NCBI GenBank assembly: GCA_011364925.1 | Contig: RDOA01000004.1 | Span: 45,011-109,010, forward strand | Length of the DNA: 64,000 nt | Source of the DNA: Promethearchaeota archaeon | GTDB taxonomy: Archaea; Asgardarchaeota; Lokiarchaeia; Sigyniarchaeales; SOKP01 | Direction: 5' to 3' | The notes under the pieces: generated by a model | Told to the model about the DNA's origin: nothing | Seen by the model: only the letters and a program-made list of their open reading frames with translations | The model's database searches: none | Shown: piece by piece, positions 1 through 8,834 of the stretch | How the letters are laid out: each line of letters opens with the position of its first letter | Numbering within the stretch: the stretch's first letter is position 1 | Position numbers and translations under genes: made by a program

Positions 1-33
1 TTCTTTAAAAATTATAAAAAGTTGGTACATATC

Positions 34-198
34 ATGATTAGTGATTTAAATGCAAATCTCGAGAGGAGTATTTTGTCGTGCCCTTTTTCACACAAGTGTT
101 CTCTTCCCAAGATAGAAAATTTATGCAATTTTCCTGATTATAAAATCTGTCCAGATTATTGTTCTAATTTAAAAAGAATAAAAGTTTCTATGCAATAG
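34..198 (+). CDS. small Cys-rich hypothetical protein (54 aa), not in ORF track
   Basis: Manual translation from ATG34 to TAG198: MISDLNANLERSILSCPFSHKCSLPKIENLCNFPDYKICPDYCSNLKRIKVSMQ; five Cys; TATA-like TTATAAA just upstream. Confidence 0.5.
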   Translation: MISDLNANLERSILSCPFSHKCSLPKIENLCNFPDYKICPDYCSNLKRIKVSMQ

Positions 199-267
199 TT
201 TACCTTTGAATCCCTTTATAGGTTCTATTTCAAACTCCTATTAATATGCATTATTTTTAACCAATTT

Positions 268-1455
268 TCATACATATTCAATTGTTGCTGGAGGTTTAGG
301 GGTAATATCAAAATATATATCTTTAGTCTCAGAGTACTCTAACAGTTTATATTTCAATTCCTCAATTAAGTCTATGGGAAGCTTCGTGACACTTGCTGTC
401 CTCGCATCTATGCTATTGATTGAACGAATAATTACGTCATAAATACCTTCATGGCTTTCATGGAGTTCGTAGAGAATTCTAGCGTAACCCTTTATTTGGG
501 AAGCGAAGCGAACTAATTTTTCAAATTCCCATTCACCTTTAATTGATAATGGAACTTCATAAGTTCTTTGACCATTAATAATCCCCGTTACTTTTCTTAA
601 AAGTACGTCCGTAGTTATTGCCGCAAATGCTTGAAAAGGTTCTTGTTCTCCTTTATCATTAATAATCATGGATTTTCCAAACTTTCCAATATAATAATCG
701 TTGATAACAGATTCTACAACATCGTGGACTTTTTTCTCGAATTTTAAATTTTCAAGTGTAACAGGACCGATAATCCTTGCCGATAGAGCGGGTCCTGGAA
801 AAGCCTTTCTATAAACTAACTCGTTCGGCATATTAAAGAACTCAAGTATCTTTCTCACCTCAGGTTTGGTCAGACTTGCTACTGGTTGAATTGTAGCTTC
901 TACATCGTATTCAATCTCTAAATTATGTTGACTTTTTACAAAACCTTGAATATTTCTATCTTTCAACAAAAGTTCTTCTTGCAAGGACATTGTTTCTTTC
1001 AAATCTGATATTTTTACTCCAAAACTCTCCTCAATATCTGGCAAAATAGTGCCATCCGCTAACAATTGGCAATTTTCTTCTCGAATAACTCTACTTATAG
1101 TGTCGGAATAAGCCTTTTTAAATAATTTCCTTTTACTTTCCGCATCTCCTTCCCCTAAAATCTTAAGGAGAAATTCATCTCTTATATCAACGATTAGCAC
1201 ATCAGGAAAAAGCTCTTTTAAATGTTCCCTTTCTTCTCTACCCCTAATTATTCGCATAAGTCCATGATCAATGAAAACCGGAATTGTCTCGATTTTCGCT
1301 TCTTTGAGTAGGAGATAAGTAGTAGAACTATCGATACCACCCGAAAGTGCACAAAATACTTTTTTGTTCTCAGCATGTTTTTGTAGAAATTGAACTGCTC
1401 TCTTTACAAATTGCTCCGGCTCTCTTGGTGGATCTATTAATCGATGATTTAACAT
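268..1455 (-). CDS. guaAB: GMP synthase, ATP-pyrophosphatase (B) subunit
   Basis: PP-loop ALSGGIDS, KSQHN, FPGP, C-terminal DITPKPPATIEY; no glutaminase domain (split archaeal type). Confidence 0.88.
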   Translation of the reverse strand: MLNHRLIDPPREPEQFVKRAVQFLQKHAENKKVFCALSGGIDSSTTYLLLKEAKIETIPVFIDHGLMRIIRGREEREHLKELFPDVLIVDIRDEFLLKILGEGDAESKRKLFKKAYSDTISRVIREENCQLLADGTILPDIEESFGVKISDLKETMSLQEELLLKDRNIQGFVKSQHNLEIEYDVEATIQPVASLTKPEVRKILEFFNMPNELVYRKAFPGPALSARIIGPVTLENLKFEKKVHDVVESVINDYYIGKFGKSMIINDKGEQEPFQAFAAITTDVLLRKVTGIINGQRTYEVPLSIKGEWEFEKLVRFASQIKGYARILYELHESHEGIYDVIIRSINSIDARTASVTKLPIDLIEELKYKLLEYSETKDIYFDITPKPPATIEYV

Positions 1456-1579
1456 AAAATATTCTAAGCTTGTTAATAAAAAAAGGGTATTTATTAATTG
1501 GTTATGATTAGCTTAATTTTTTAGGTTAGTTCTAAATTACTATCTCTAATTGTCAGGTTTCTTAATTATTTATTAAAAG

Positions 1580-2050
1580 TTATAGAGAAAATACCGATTT
1601 TTTGTTTTTTTCGTGATACTTTTGATGATATTCTTCCGCTCTATAGAACTCCTTAAAGGGAACTATTTCAGTTACAATTGGTTTGGAATACTTTCCAGAT
1701 TTATCAAGCGTATCTTTTAATTTGACAGCAGATAACCGCTGACTCTCGTCCTTATAAAACACAGCAGACCTATACTGGGTTCCAATATCCCATCCTTGGC
1801 GATTAAGTGTAGTAGGATTGTGGATATCCCAAAAGGTTTCTAATAATTCCTCATAAGAGACAATTGAGGGATCAAAGGTCACCTTTACCACTTCAGCGTG
1901 CCCAGTAGTGTTAGTACAAACATCTTTATAAGTAGGATTTTTTGTAGTCCCTCCAGTGTAGCCTACCTCTGTTGAAAGTACCCCTTTAACCTTTCCTAAT
2001 TTGTACTCAACTCCCCAAAAACAGCCCGCACCAAAAATAGCTTCTTCCAT
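1580..2050 (-). CDS. msrA: peptide-methionine (S)-S-oxide reductase
   Basis: GCFWG, GYTGG, GHAE, QYRS, AEEYHQ motifs; likely start ATG2050 (MEEAIF). Confidence 0.95.
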   Translation of the reverse strand: MEEAIFGAGCFWGVEYKLGKVKGVLSTEVGYTGGTTKNPTYKDVCTNTTGHAEVVKVTFDPSIVSYEELLETFWDIHNPTTLNRQGWDIGTQYRSAVFYKDESQRLSAVKLKDTLDKSGKYSKPIVTEIVPFKEFYRAEEYHQKYHEKNKKSVFSL

Positions 2051-2192
2051 AGTTAATACTATCAAAATAGAGACGCTTAAAAAAAATATTGATAATTGTT
2101 CATAAAAGAATTGAAATAATACCAATTAATTATAATAAAAAAGGGGGAATATCTTTAATTGACAAAGATGAGAGTTATTTAAAAAGAATTAA

Positions 2193-3833
2193 TCATTTTT
2201 TAAGTGCTTCTAAATCCTTCAGTTCTCTGTGTAACACTTTCCCAACTATCGTTTTTGGGATCTCATCAATAAATTCCACAAATCGGGGATACTTATCAAA
2301 AGCCATGTTTTCTTTGGCCCAACTGACGATATCTTGTTCAGTAATTCCTTTATCTTTATACTCTTCCTTTAGTACTACATACGCCTTTATGTTTTCCTTA
2401 CTTTCGTCATCGATTATTCCTATGACACCACATTCCTGAATCGCTTCATGGTAATACAAGAGATCTTCAACTTCAGTAGGGTATACAGAATGTCCTTTAT
2501 ATTTGATTAAGTTTTTTAACCGATCCTTAATAACGAAAAAGCCATCTTCATCCATAAAAGCTAAATCCCCGGTCCAAAGCCATCCATCCTTTATAGTATT
2601 TTTTGTCTCTTCTTCGCGTTTATAATATCCTTTCATCATTTGGGGACCTCTTGTTACTAGTTCTCCAACTTCTCCAATTCCTAGAGTTTTACCATTAGAA
2701 TCGCAAATTTTTACATCTGTATTAGGGAAAGGCATTCCAATCGTTCCTGGTTTAAATTTACCTTCAAAAGGGTTTGCCGTAACAGCAGGCGACATCTCAG
2801 TCAACCCGTAAGCCTCACGGAGTTTTGACCCTGTTAGATTTTCAAACGTTTTTCTTACATCATCAGGTAATGGTCCAGCCGAGCTTAAACAATACTTAAT
2901 ACTTGACATGTCATGGTTTTCTATGCCTTCATAATTATTTAGATTATTATAAATCGCAGCTACTCCGGGAAAAACAGTCACTTTTGTGGCTTCAATTACC
3001 TCGATGATTTCATGAGCTTCCCGTGGGTTGAAAACGCACGCTAAATTCCATCCATTACGGATGCACATGTTCATCATAAATCCCATATATATGTGGTAAA
3101 AAGGTAAAGCTGCTAATAGTACTTCTTTGCCTAATTCCTTCTCAACAAACCATGATTCGGCTTGAAAAATGTTAGCAGCAATGCTTCCATGAGTTAGCAT
3201 CGCCCCTTTAGGAAATCCAGTTGTTCCTCCCGTATATTGCAATTGTGCCAAGTCTTCCTTGTTAATCTCAACTTTAGGGGGATTTGGTGGTGTTTCTCGT
3301 ACTAAATCCTCGATCATTGGGTCACCTCCCGTAGGAAATTCAGGAGGAGCCATAGGATCATTTGATAAATATGGCGATAAATTGCTATAGAACTTGTGCA
3401 TTACACCAGTTTCAGCAATTATGGGATCTACTAATCCTGAAAATCCCTCCCAACCAATATAAGCCTTTGCGTCACTATCATTCAGTTGTCTTTTTATTTC
3501 AAGCTTTTTGAACAATGGTGATATGGGTGTAACTACTCCTCCAATTTTTAAAATACCATAATAGTAAGCGATAAACGCTGGATTATTAGTAAATTGGATT
3601 GCTACGCAATCACCTTTCTTTAATCCAATATCAGTTAATTTTTTTGCTACACGATAAACAATGTCAAGTAATTTAGAATATGTTAATTCAAATCCCATAA
3701 AATAAGTTACGACATTATTAGGATATTCTTTCGCAGAATCTTCGAGAAAATCTACTAAATTCTTATCTGGAATCTCGACTTCTTTTGGAACTCCTTCTGG
3801 CCAATATTTGTAGTATATTTTTTGATCTGACAT
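2193..3833 (-). CDS. fadD: long-chain-fatty-acid--CoA ligase (ANL/AMP-binding family)
   Basis: YTGGTTGFPKG, YGLTE, TGD, PKTIVGK motifs. Confidence 0.88.
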   Translation of the reverse strand: MSDQKIYYKYWPEGVPKEVEIPDKNLVDFLEDSAKEYPNNVVTYFMGFELTYSKLLDIVYRVAKKLTDIGLKKGDCVAIQFTNNPAFIAYYYGILKIGGVVTPISPLFKKLEIKRQLNDSDAKAYIGWEGFSGLVDPIIAETGVMHKFYSNLSPYLSNDPMAPPEFPTGGDPMIEDLVRETPPNPPKVEINKEDLAQLQYTGGTTGFPKGAMLTHGSIAANIFQAESWFVEKELGKEVLLAALPFYHIYMGFMMNMCIRNGWNLACVFNPREAHEIIEVIEATKVTVFPGVAAIYNNLNNYEGIENHDMSSIKYCLSSAGPLPDDVRKTFENLTGSKLREAYGLTEMSPAVTANPFEGKFKPGTIGMPFPNTDVKICDSNGKTLGIGEVGELVTRGPQMMKGYYKREEETKNTIKDGWLWTGDLAFMDEDGFFVIKDRLKNLIKYKGHSVYPTEVEDLLYYHEAIQECGVIGIIDDESKENIKAYVVLKEEYKDKGITEQDIVSWAKENMAFDKYPRFVEFIDEIPKTIVGKVLHRELKDLEALKK

Positions 3834-4077
3834 AATTTTACTTTTATTCTAAATGTTATTTATTATTTTTCTTCTAAACGATTGCTTTATGAGTTTCGAA
3901 GGATAATTGGTCTACATATTAGAAGACTTTTTTATAAAGAAGCTAAAATTATATTTAATATAAAAAAAAATTAATGTTAAAAATAGGACATTACATATAA
4001 TATCAAATATTTGATCTTTATCTAGAAATTTAACGAAGAGAAAATATAAAAAAATTTTATTAAAATAGGTTTTAATA

Positions 4078-4608
4078 ATGACAGATCGAGAAGGAGCGTT
4101 CAAATTATGCATTTTTGGAGATGGAGGAGTAGGAAAAACAACTCTTGTTAATAGATATCTCACAAAGGTTTTTGATGAAGACATTAAAATGACCGTTGGG
4201 GCAGATTTTTATGTTAAGGAGTTAGAAATTGATGGAAAGAAAGTTGTAATTAGGATATGGGATTTTGGAGGAGAACAACGGTTTAAAGTCTTGTTGCCTA
4301 GCTTTGCTAAAGGTGCTGACGGGGGAATTTTCATGTTTGATATAACTCGATATACAAGTTTAAAAAACATTGATGAATGGCTTTCGATTTTTGAGAAGAA
4401 TGTCAGAGAAGAAATACCTATTATTATGGTAGGAGGCAAATTAGATTTACAAGATAAACGATCTGTTGAAACTGAGGATGCTGTTGAATTATCTAAGGAG
4501 TATAAGTTACAAGGCTATTTTGAGTGTTCTTCTAAAACTGGTTATAGAGTAGAAGATGTATTTGAATCTGTTACTCGAAAAATGATGGAATCTACGGGTT
4601 TATTATAG
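4078..4608 (+). CDS. Rab-like small GTPase (Ras superfamily)
   Basis: GDGGVGKT, TVGADF, WDFGGE, FMFDIT, GKLD, ECSSK; no C-terminal prenylation cysteines. Confidence 0.92.
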   Translation: MTDREGAFKLCIFGDGGVGKTTLVNRYLTKVFDEDIKMTVGADFYVKELEIDGKKVVIRIWDFGGEQRFKVLLPSFAKGADGGIFMFDITRYTSLKNIDEWLSIFEKNVREEIPIIMVGGKLDLQDKRSVETEDAVELSKEYKLQGYFECSSKTGYRVEDVFESVTRKMMESTGLL

Positions 4609-4613
4609 TTCTC

Positions 4614-5150
4614 TCACTCAGAGGTTCTTCTAATAACTTTAACTAGTCCTTTCTTTCTCAATTTATCTAACATATCTTCGATCATATCAACGGGTTCCTG
4701 CATAATCTCAGCACATTGTTCAACTGAATTCATTCCATCGCACACTTTTAATAGTTTATATTCATCCATCGAAATCATTCCTAGTTGGACACTCATTGGT
4801 TGAACTTCCTTAATTACAATAGGTATTCTCACTTCTCCTCCTGGTTTGATGCTTGGTCCTCCAACCTCACTCATGCTTGGAGAATCCCCAAAAAACGATC
4901 TAACTCCGGTAATGTCGTAATTATCATCTATGTAAATATAGATTGTATGCTCTTGACCGGAGATATCATCGACATCCTCAGGATCTGGATATGGATTAAT
5001 ATGTTTGTGTTCTTTTGTATAAATCCCCATTTTCAATCCAGCTTTAATTTCGTCTTTATCTACCCTAATATTAACCATTTCGGTACATATATCGCACCAA
5101 GCCCATGCCTCTATTAGGCTAAAATATTTCTTCACTTTATTCTCTGGCAT
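4614..5150 (-). CDS. hypothetical protein: CxxC/His putative Zn-binding N-domain plus C-terminal winged helix
   Basis: CDIC...H...H in N-half; CDGMNSVEQCAE...LDKLRKKGLV wHTH-like C-terminus. Confidence 0.6.
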   Translation of the reverse strand: MPENKVKKYFSLIEAWAWCDICTEMVNIRVDKDEIKAGLKMGIYTKEHKHINPYPDPEDVDDISGQEHTIYIYIDDNYDITGVRSFFGDSPSMSEVGGPSIKPGGEVRIPIVIKEVQPMSVQLGMISMDEYKLLKVCDGMNSVEQCAEIMQEPVDMIEDMLDKLRKKGLVKVIRRTSE

Positions 5151-5346
5151 CGTGTTTTACCAAATAGTAGCATTTGTATAAAATAAAATGAGCTTTATAA
5201 TTATTATGTTGTGAAGTAATTTAAATATTGATTACAAATAATTTCTCCTTTATATAGCTAAAAATTAGTATCTAAAATCGAAAATAATTAAAGTCATAAG
5301 ACATTCTATTATCCATTACAGATAACTAAGACTAATATTGATAACA

Positions 5347-5523
5347 ATGTCAAGTTATAAAAAAAATATGTGTTTCTCTTGTGGACGACCTATTGCTCCA
5401 TATGAAGCAGCAGTTCACTTTCCCTGTCCTCAATGTGGAGATGTAACCATTTGGAGATGTGAACGTTGTAGAACTATGGGAAACACTTATAAATGTCTTC
5501 GCTGTGAATTTGAAGGGCCTTAA
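5347..5523 (+). CDS. small Zn-ribbon protein (DUF1610/HVO_2753-like)
   Basis: Four CxxC pairs, FPCPQCG, terminal FEGP; conserved position upstream of aEF-1beta. Confidence 0.88.
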   Translation: MSSYKKNMCFSCGRPIAPYEAAVHFPCPQCGDVTIWRCERCRTMGNTYKCLRCEFEGP

Positions 5524-5540
5524 ATAACACACTAAAGAGT

Positions 5541-5816
5541 ATGAATAAGATGGGAGAATTTGTGGCACTTATTGATGTAGTTCCAGAAGATATTGATGTG
5601 AATTTTGAAGAATTTGTGTCAAAATTAAAAAACGTACTACCAGAAGAAGCTGTTATAGAGCACTATGATATTAAACCTGTAGCGTTTGGTTTGAAAAAAG
5701 CAAGAGTTCGGGTTAGATATCCAGAAGAATGGGGAGGCACTGATAGAGTAGAGAAATTATTTGGACAGGTAGAAGGCATTCAAGGAATTGAAGGAATAGC
5801 GTTCAGTAAAGCGTAA
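5541..5816 (+). CDS. ef1b: translation elongation factor aEF-1beta
   Basis: PVAFGLK motif, about 90 aa, adjacent to Zn-ribbon gene as in many archaea. Confidence 0.9.
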   Translation: MNKMGEFVALIDVVPEDIDVNFEEFVSKLKNVLPEEAVIEHYDIKPVAFGLKKARVRVRYPEEWGGTDRVEKLFGQVEGIQGIEGIAFSKA

Positions 5817-5869
5817 TCAAATTCTTCACTTGCATTTTAATTTAGTTTTATACAAAGAATAATTTTATT

Positions 5870-7714
5870 TTACACAGTTCTTTTGAATATTTTATCTAAT
5901 TCTTTAAAAGAAAAGAATTTAAGAGTAGGTCTTCCATGCGCGCAATGAAATGAATCCTTACAGTGTGCTAGATCAATTAGCAATTTCCTAATCGACTCAA
6001 GAGACAAGTCGTCTCCGCCTCGAATACTTTTATGACACGATAGATAATTTATAATTTCTTCCAATTTTTCTGAAAAGCTTTTATCTTTCCCGATCTCCGT
6101 TATATCGCTAATTATTTCTTTAATTAGTTCTAAATTAGGAGTTTTACCCATTAATATAGGAACTGCTCTTAAAACGAAGGTGTTGCCTCTAAAATGCTCA
6201 AAATCAAAACCTAATCTAATAATTTCATTCATATTACTTTGTAAGAAAAATTTTTCACTAGGACTTACTTCAATCGTAAGGGGAGTGATTAATATTTGTT
6301 TCGACTTTTTTGAGTTTTCATAATAATCGTAAAAATACTCCTTGTTCACTCGTTCTGAAGCTGCGTGTTGATCTAATATGTAAAAACCACTCTCACCGTT
6401 TTCATTTATCCCTTCTAATAGAATGTAAGTCTTATTACTTAATTGACCGGTTTTTGATATTAATCGCATCTTAGGAAAATTTTTCAGATCTATATAATTA
6501 CCTCTTAGAAGTGTGTCTGCAGAGGATAGATCAGCATCATTATCAACAACATCTCCGTCTGTAAGGTTTAATTGTATCGATTTATCCAATTCATCGCTAT
6601 ACGCTTCATTTAATTCTTTCACTATTTTTTTAGGATCTTGGAAAATTGTTTTTTGATTGTCAGAATCTACACTACGCGTAAAATTACTGATTTCAGAATA
6701 AATATTAGTATCTTCTTTTTCTATAAATTTTTGTTCAACAAACTTGCGAACGATATTATACACTTTATTGAAGATATACTCTTCATCTTCAAATCGGATA
6801 TAAAGTTTTTTTGGATGAACATTAAAATCAATAATAACGGGATCTAATTCTAAGTTTAAAATAAAGAACGGATGTTTTCCTATCATCAAAGTTCCCTTAT
6901 AGGTTTCCTGAACTGCTCTGAATATGAGGTCACTAATCACATAACGCTTATTCAATATTAAGCTTGAGTATGATCTATTATCTTTTGAAATTTCACTGTG
7001 GCCTAGTAATCCGTGGATACTGATTTTATCTTCACTATAATTTATAGGCTCCATTAAATTCGCTACTTTTTTACCGTAAATGTGAAAAACTGTTGTTCTC
7101 AAATCATTCGAAGCTGGACAATTAAGAATAGTTAAATCATTATGTGTATAAATAAAATGTAAATGTGGGTAAGCCAGGGCGTAACGTTGTATGATGTCAG
7201 TGATGTGTCCCAGCTCAGTAGTGTCTTTCTTTAAAAACTTTAATCTAGCTGGAACATTGTGGAACAAGTTTTTAACTTTAATATCTGTTCCTATTTGACA
7301 AAAAACATTCTTTTTCTCTTTTATTACTCCATACTCCAGAATCAACTTCACTCCTTGATCATTTTCTTTTGTTCGTGAAGTTATTTCAACTTGACTAACT
7401 ATAGCAATACTCGCTAAAGCTTCCCCTCGAAAGCCTAAAGTCGTCAATCTTTCTAAATCTTCAATTCTATTAATCTTACTACTAGTATGTCGTTCGAACG
7501 CTATATCAATCTCATCTGGAGGTATACCTATACCGTCATCAATGATCTGTATTAACCCTTTTCCAGCCCTTTTCACAATTACTCTTATCTCTTTCGCTTC
7601 AGCGTCGATACTATTCTCTAGCAACTCTTTTACGACATTTGACGGTCTCTCAACAACTTCTCCAGCCGCTATCTTTTCAGCATCAAATATTTTCTTAATT
7701 TTGTTCCGTTTCAT
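5870..7714 (-). CDS. mutL: DNA mismatch repair endonuclease MutL
   Basis: IAAGEVVERP, GFRGEAL, DQHAASERVNKE endonuclease motif, SCH, CAHGRP. Confidence 0.96.
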   Translation of the reverse strand: MKRNKIKKIFDAEKIAAGEVVERPSNVVKELLENSIDAEAKEIRVIVKRAGKGLIQIIDDGIGIPPDEIDIAFERHTSSKINRIEDLERLTTLGFRGEALASIAIVSQVEITSRTKENDQGVKLILEYGVIKEKKNVFCQIGTDIKVKNLFHNVPARLKFLKKDTTELGHITDIIQRYALAYPHLHFIYTHNDLTILNCPASNDLRTTVFHIYGKKVANLMEPINYSEDKISIHGLLGHSEISKDNRSYSSLILNKRYVISDLIFRAVQETYKGTLMIGKHPFFILNLELDPVIIDFNVHPKKLYIRFEDEEYIFNKVYNIVRKFVEQKFIEKEDTNIYSEISNFTRSVDSDNQKTIFQDPKKIVKELNEAYSDELDKSIQLNLTDGDVVDNDADLSSADTLLRGNYIDLKNFPKMRLISKTGQLSNKTYILLEGINENGESGFYILDQHAASERVNKEYFYDYYENSKKSKQILITPLTIEVSPSEKFFLQSNMNEIIRLGFDFEHFRGNTFVLRAVPILMGKTPNLELIKEIISDITEIGKDKSFSEKLEEIINYLSCHKSIRGGDDLSLESIRKLLIDLAHCKDSFHCAHGRPTLKFFSFKELDKIFKRTV

Positions 7715-7913
7715 TCTCTTATTAATCTATTTTTAATGATTGAATTAAAAGTCTTAATATGTACAATAAAATTATCAAATATAAAATAAAACTCTATTAA
7801 GATTTAAATAATTACCGTCCAATAAAAAGAGTAAGAGCTACAACAAAATTCTTTTAAACCTCGATAAATACTAAAAATTAATCACTTCAAATAATTAATA
7901 ACTTGGCTACATT

Positions 7914-8834
7914 ATGGAGAAAGAAGTACACCACACTGTACACACCAATATGGTCTATTTTTTAATTGCGAATTTTGTCATTCTTTTTCTTTCCAGAGTG
8001 TTAGTTAATTTCTTCGATTTACCACCGTTTTTGGAAGGTTCACGGGATATTGATTTTAGAATTCTCCTTTTAGGTTTAAAAAATGGATTAACTGATTTTT
8101 ATAATCCTGTTGTCGTGCCACAAGGAGTACCCGATTGGCCCCCCTATTACCTTTACTTTTGGTATTTCATTTTTTTTCCTATGGGCTTAGTACCCTTCGA
8201 AATTGGAATACAAATATGGGATATTTTAAGGCTAATATTATCTTGTTATATTGTTCTCAAAGGATACAAGATCATTAAAAATAGAACAAATCTGCTGTGG
8301 TTTTATTTTACTATATGGGTGGGATTCATTATTGATAGCTGGTATAACAATTGTAATTTCTTAATAATATTCTTCTTAATAATGTCCTACAACTATTTAG
8401 AAAAGAGTAATATGTGGTTATCGGGGATATTTTTTGCTCTTTCGACAATTAAAATAAATTCGGTTTTGTTTATCCCAACTTTATTACTCATTAGGAAAAT
8501 TAAATTCAAGGATTTAGTTTATTACATTGTTCCTTTCGTTGTCTTATGCTTACCGTATATGATTTTTCCGGATTACCTCCTCCAAATGCTAAATAATTGG
8601 TCCAACAGTACTCCTGGTATTCAAGGACTTACGCCACTTGATCCAATAATATGGAAAATGGTCCAACCATCTCACTTGATGTTTTTGGGATTTATGCTTA
8701 TATTGTGTTTTGAGTATCTTGAGCGATTTGAGAAGGGACATAAAATTAGAACTATAATTGTTTCGATCTTAATATTGTTTTATATATATATCAGTATTAC
8801 AGTTTGGATTTTACCACTTATATTCATTTATTGA
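7914..8834 (+). CDS. polytopic membrane protein, GT-C fold glycosyltransferase-like (GT87/DUF2029)
   Basis: Multiple TM helices; RDIDF, PPYY-x-Y loop, GIFFALSTIK resembling the GT87 G..LA...K motif. Confidence 0.55.
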   Translation: MEKEVHHTVHTNMVYFLIANFVILFLSRVLVNFFDLPPFLEGSRDIDFRILLLGLKNGLTDFYNPVVVPQGVPDWPPYYLYFWYFIFFPMGLVPFEIGIQIWDILRLILSCYIVLKGYKIIKNRTNLLWFYFTIWVGFIIDSWYNNCNFLIIFFLIMSYNYLEKSNMWLSGIFFALSTIKINSVLFIPTLLLIRKIKFKDLVYYIVPFVVLCLPYMIFPDYLLQMLNNWSNSTPGIQGLTPLDPIIWKMVQPSHLMFLGFMLILCFEYLERFEKGHKIRTIIVSILILFYIYISITVWILPLIFIY

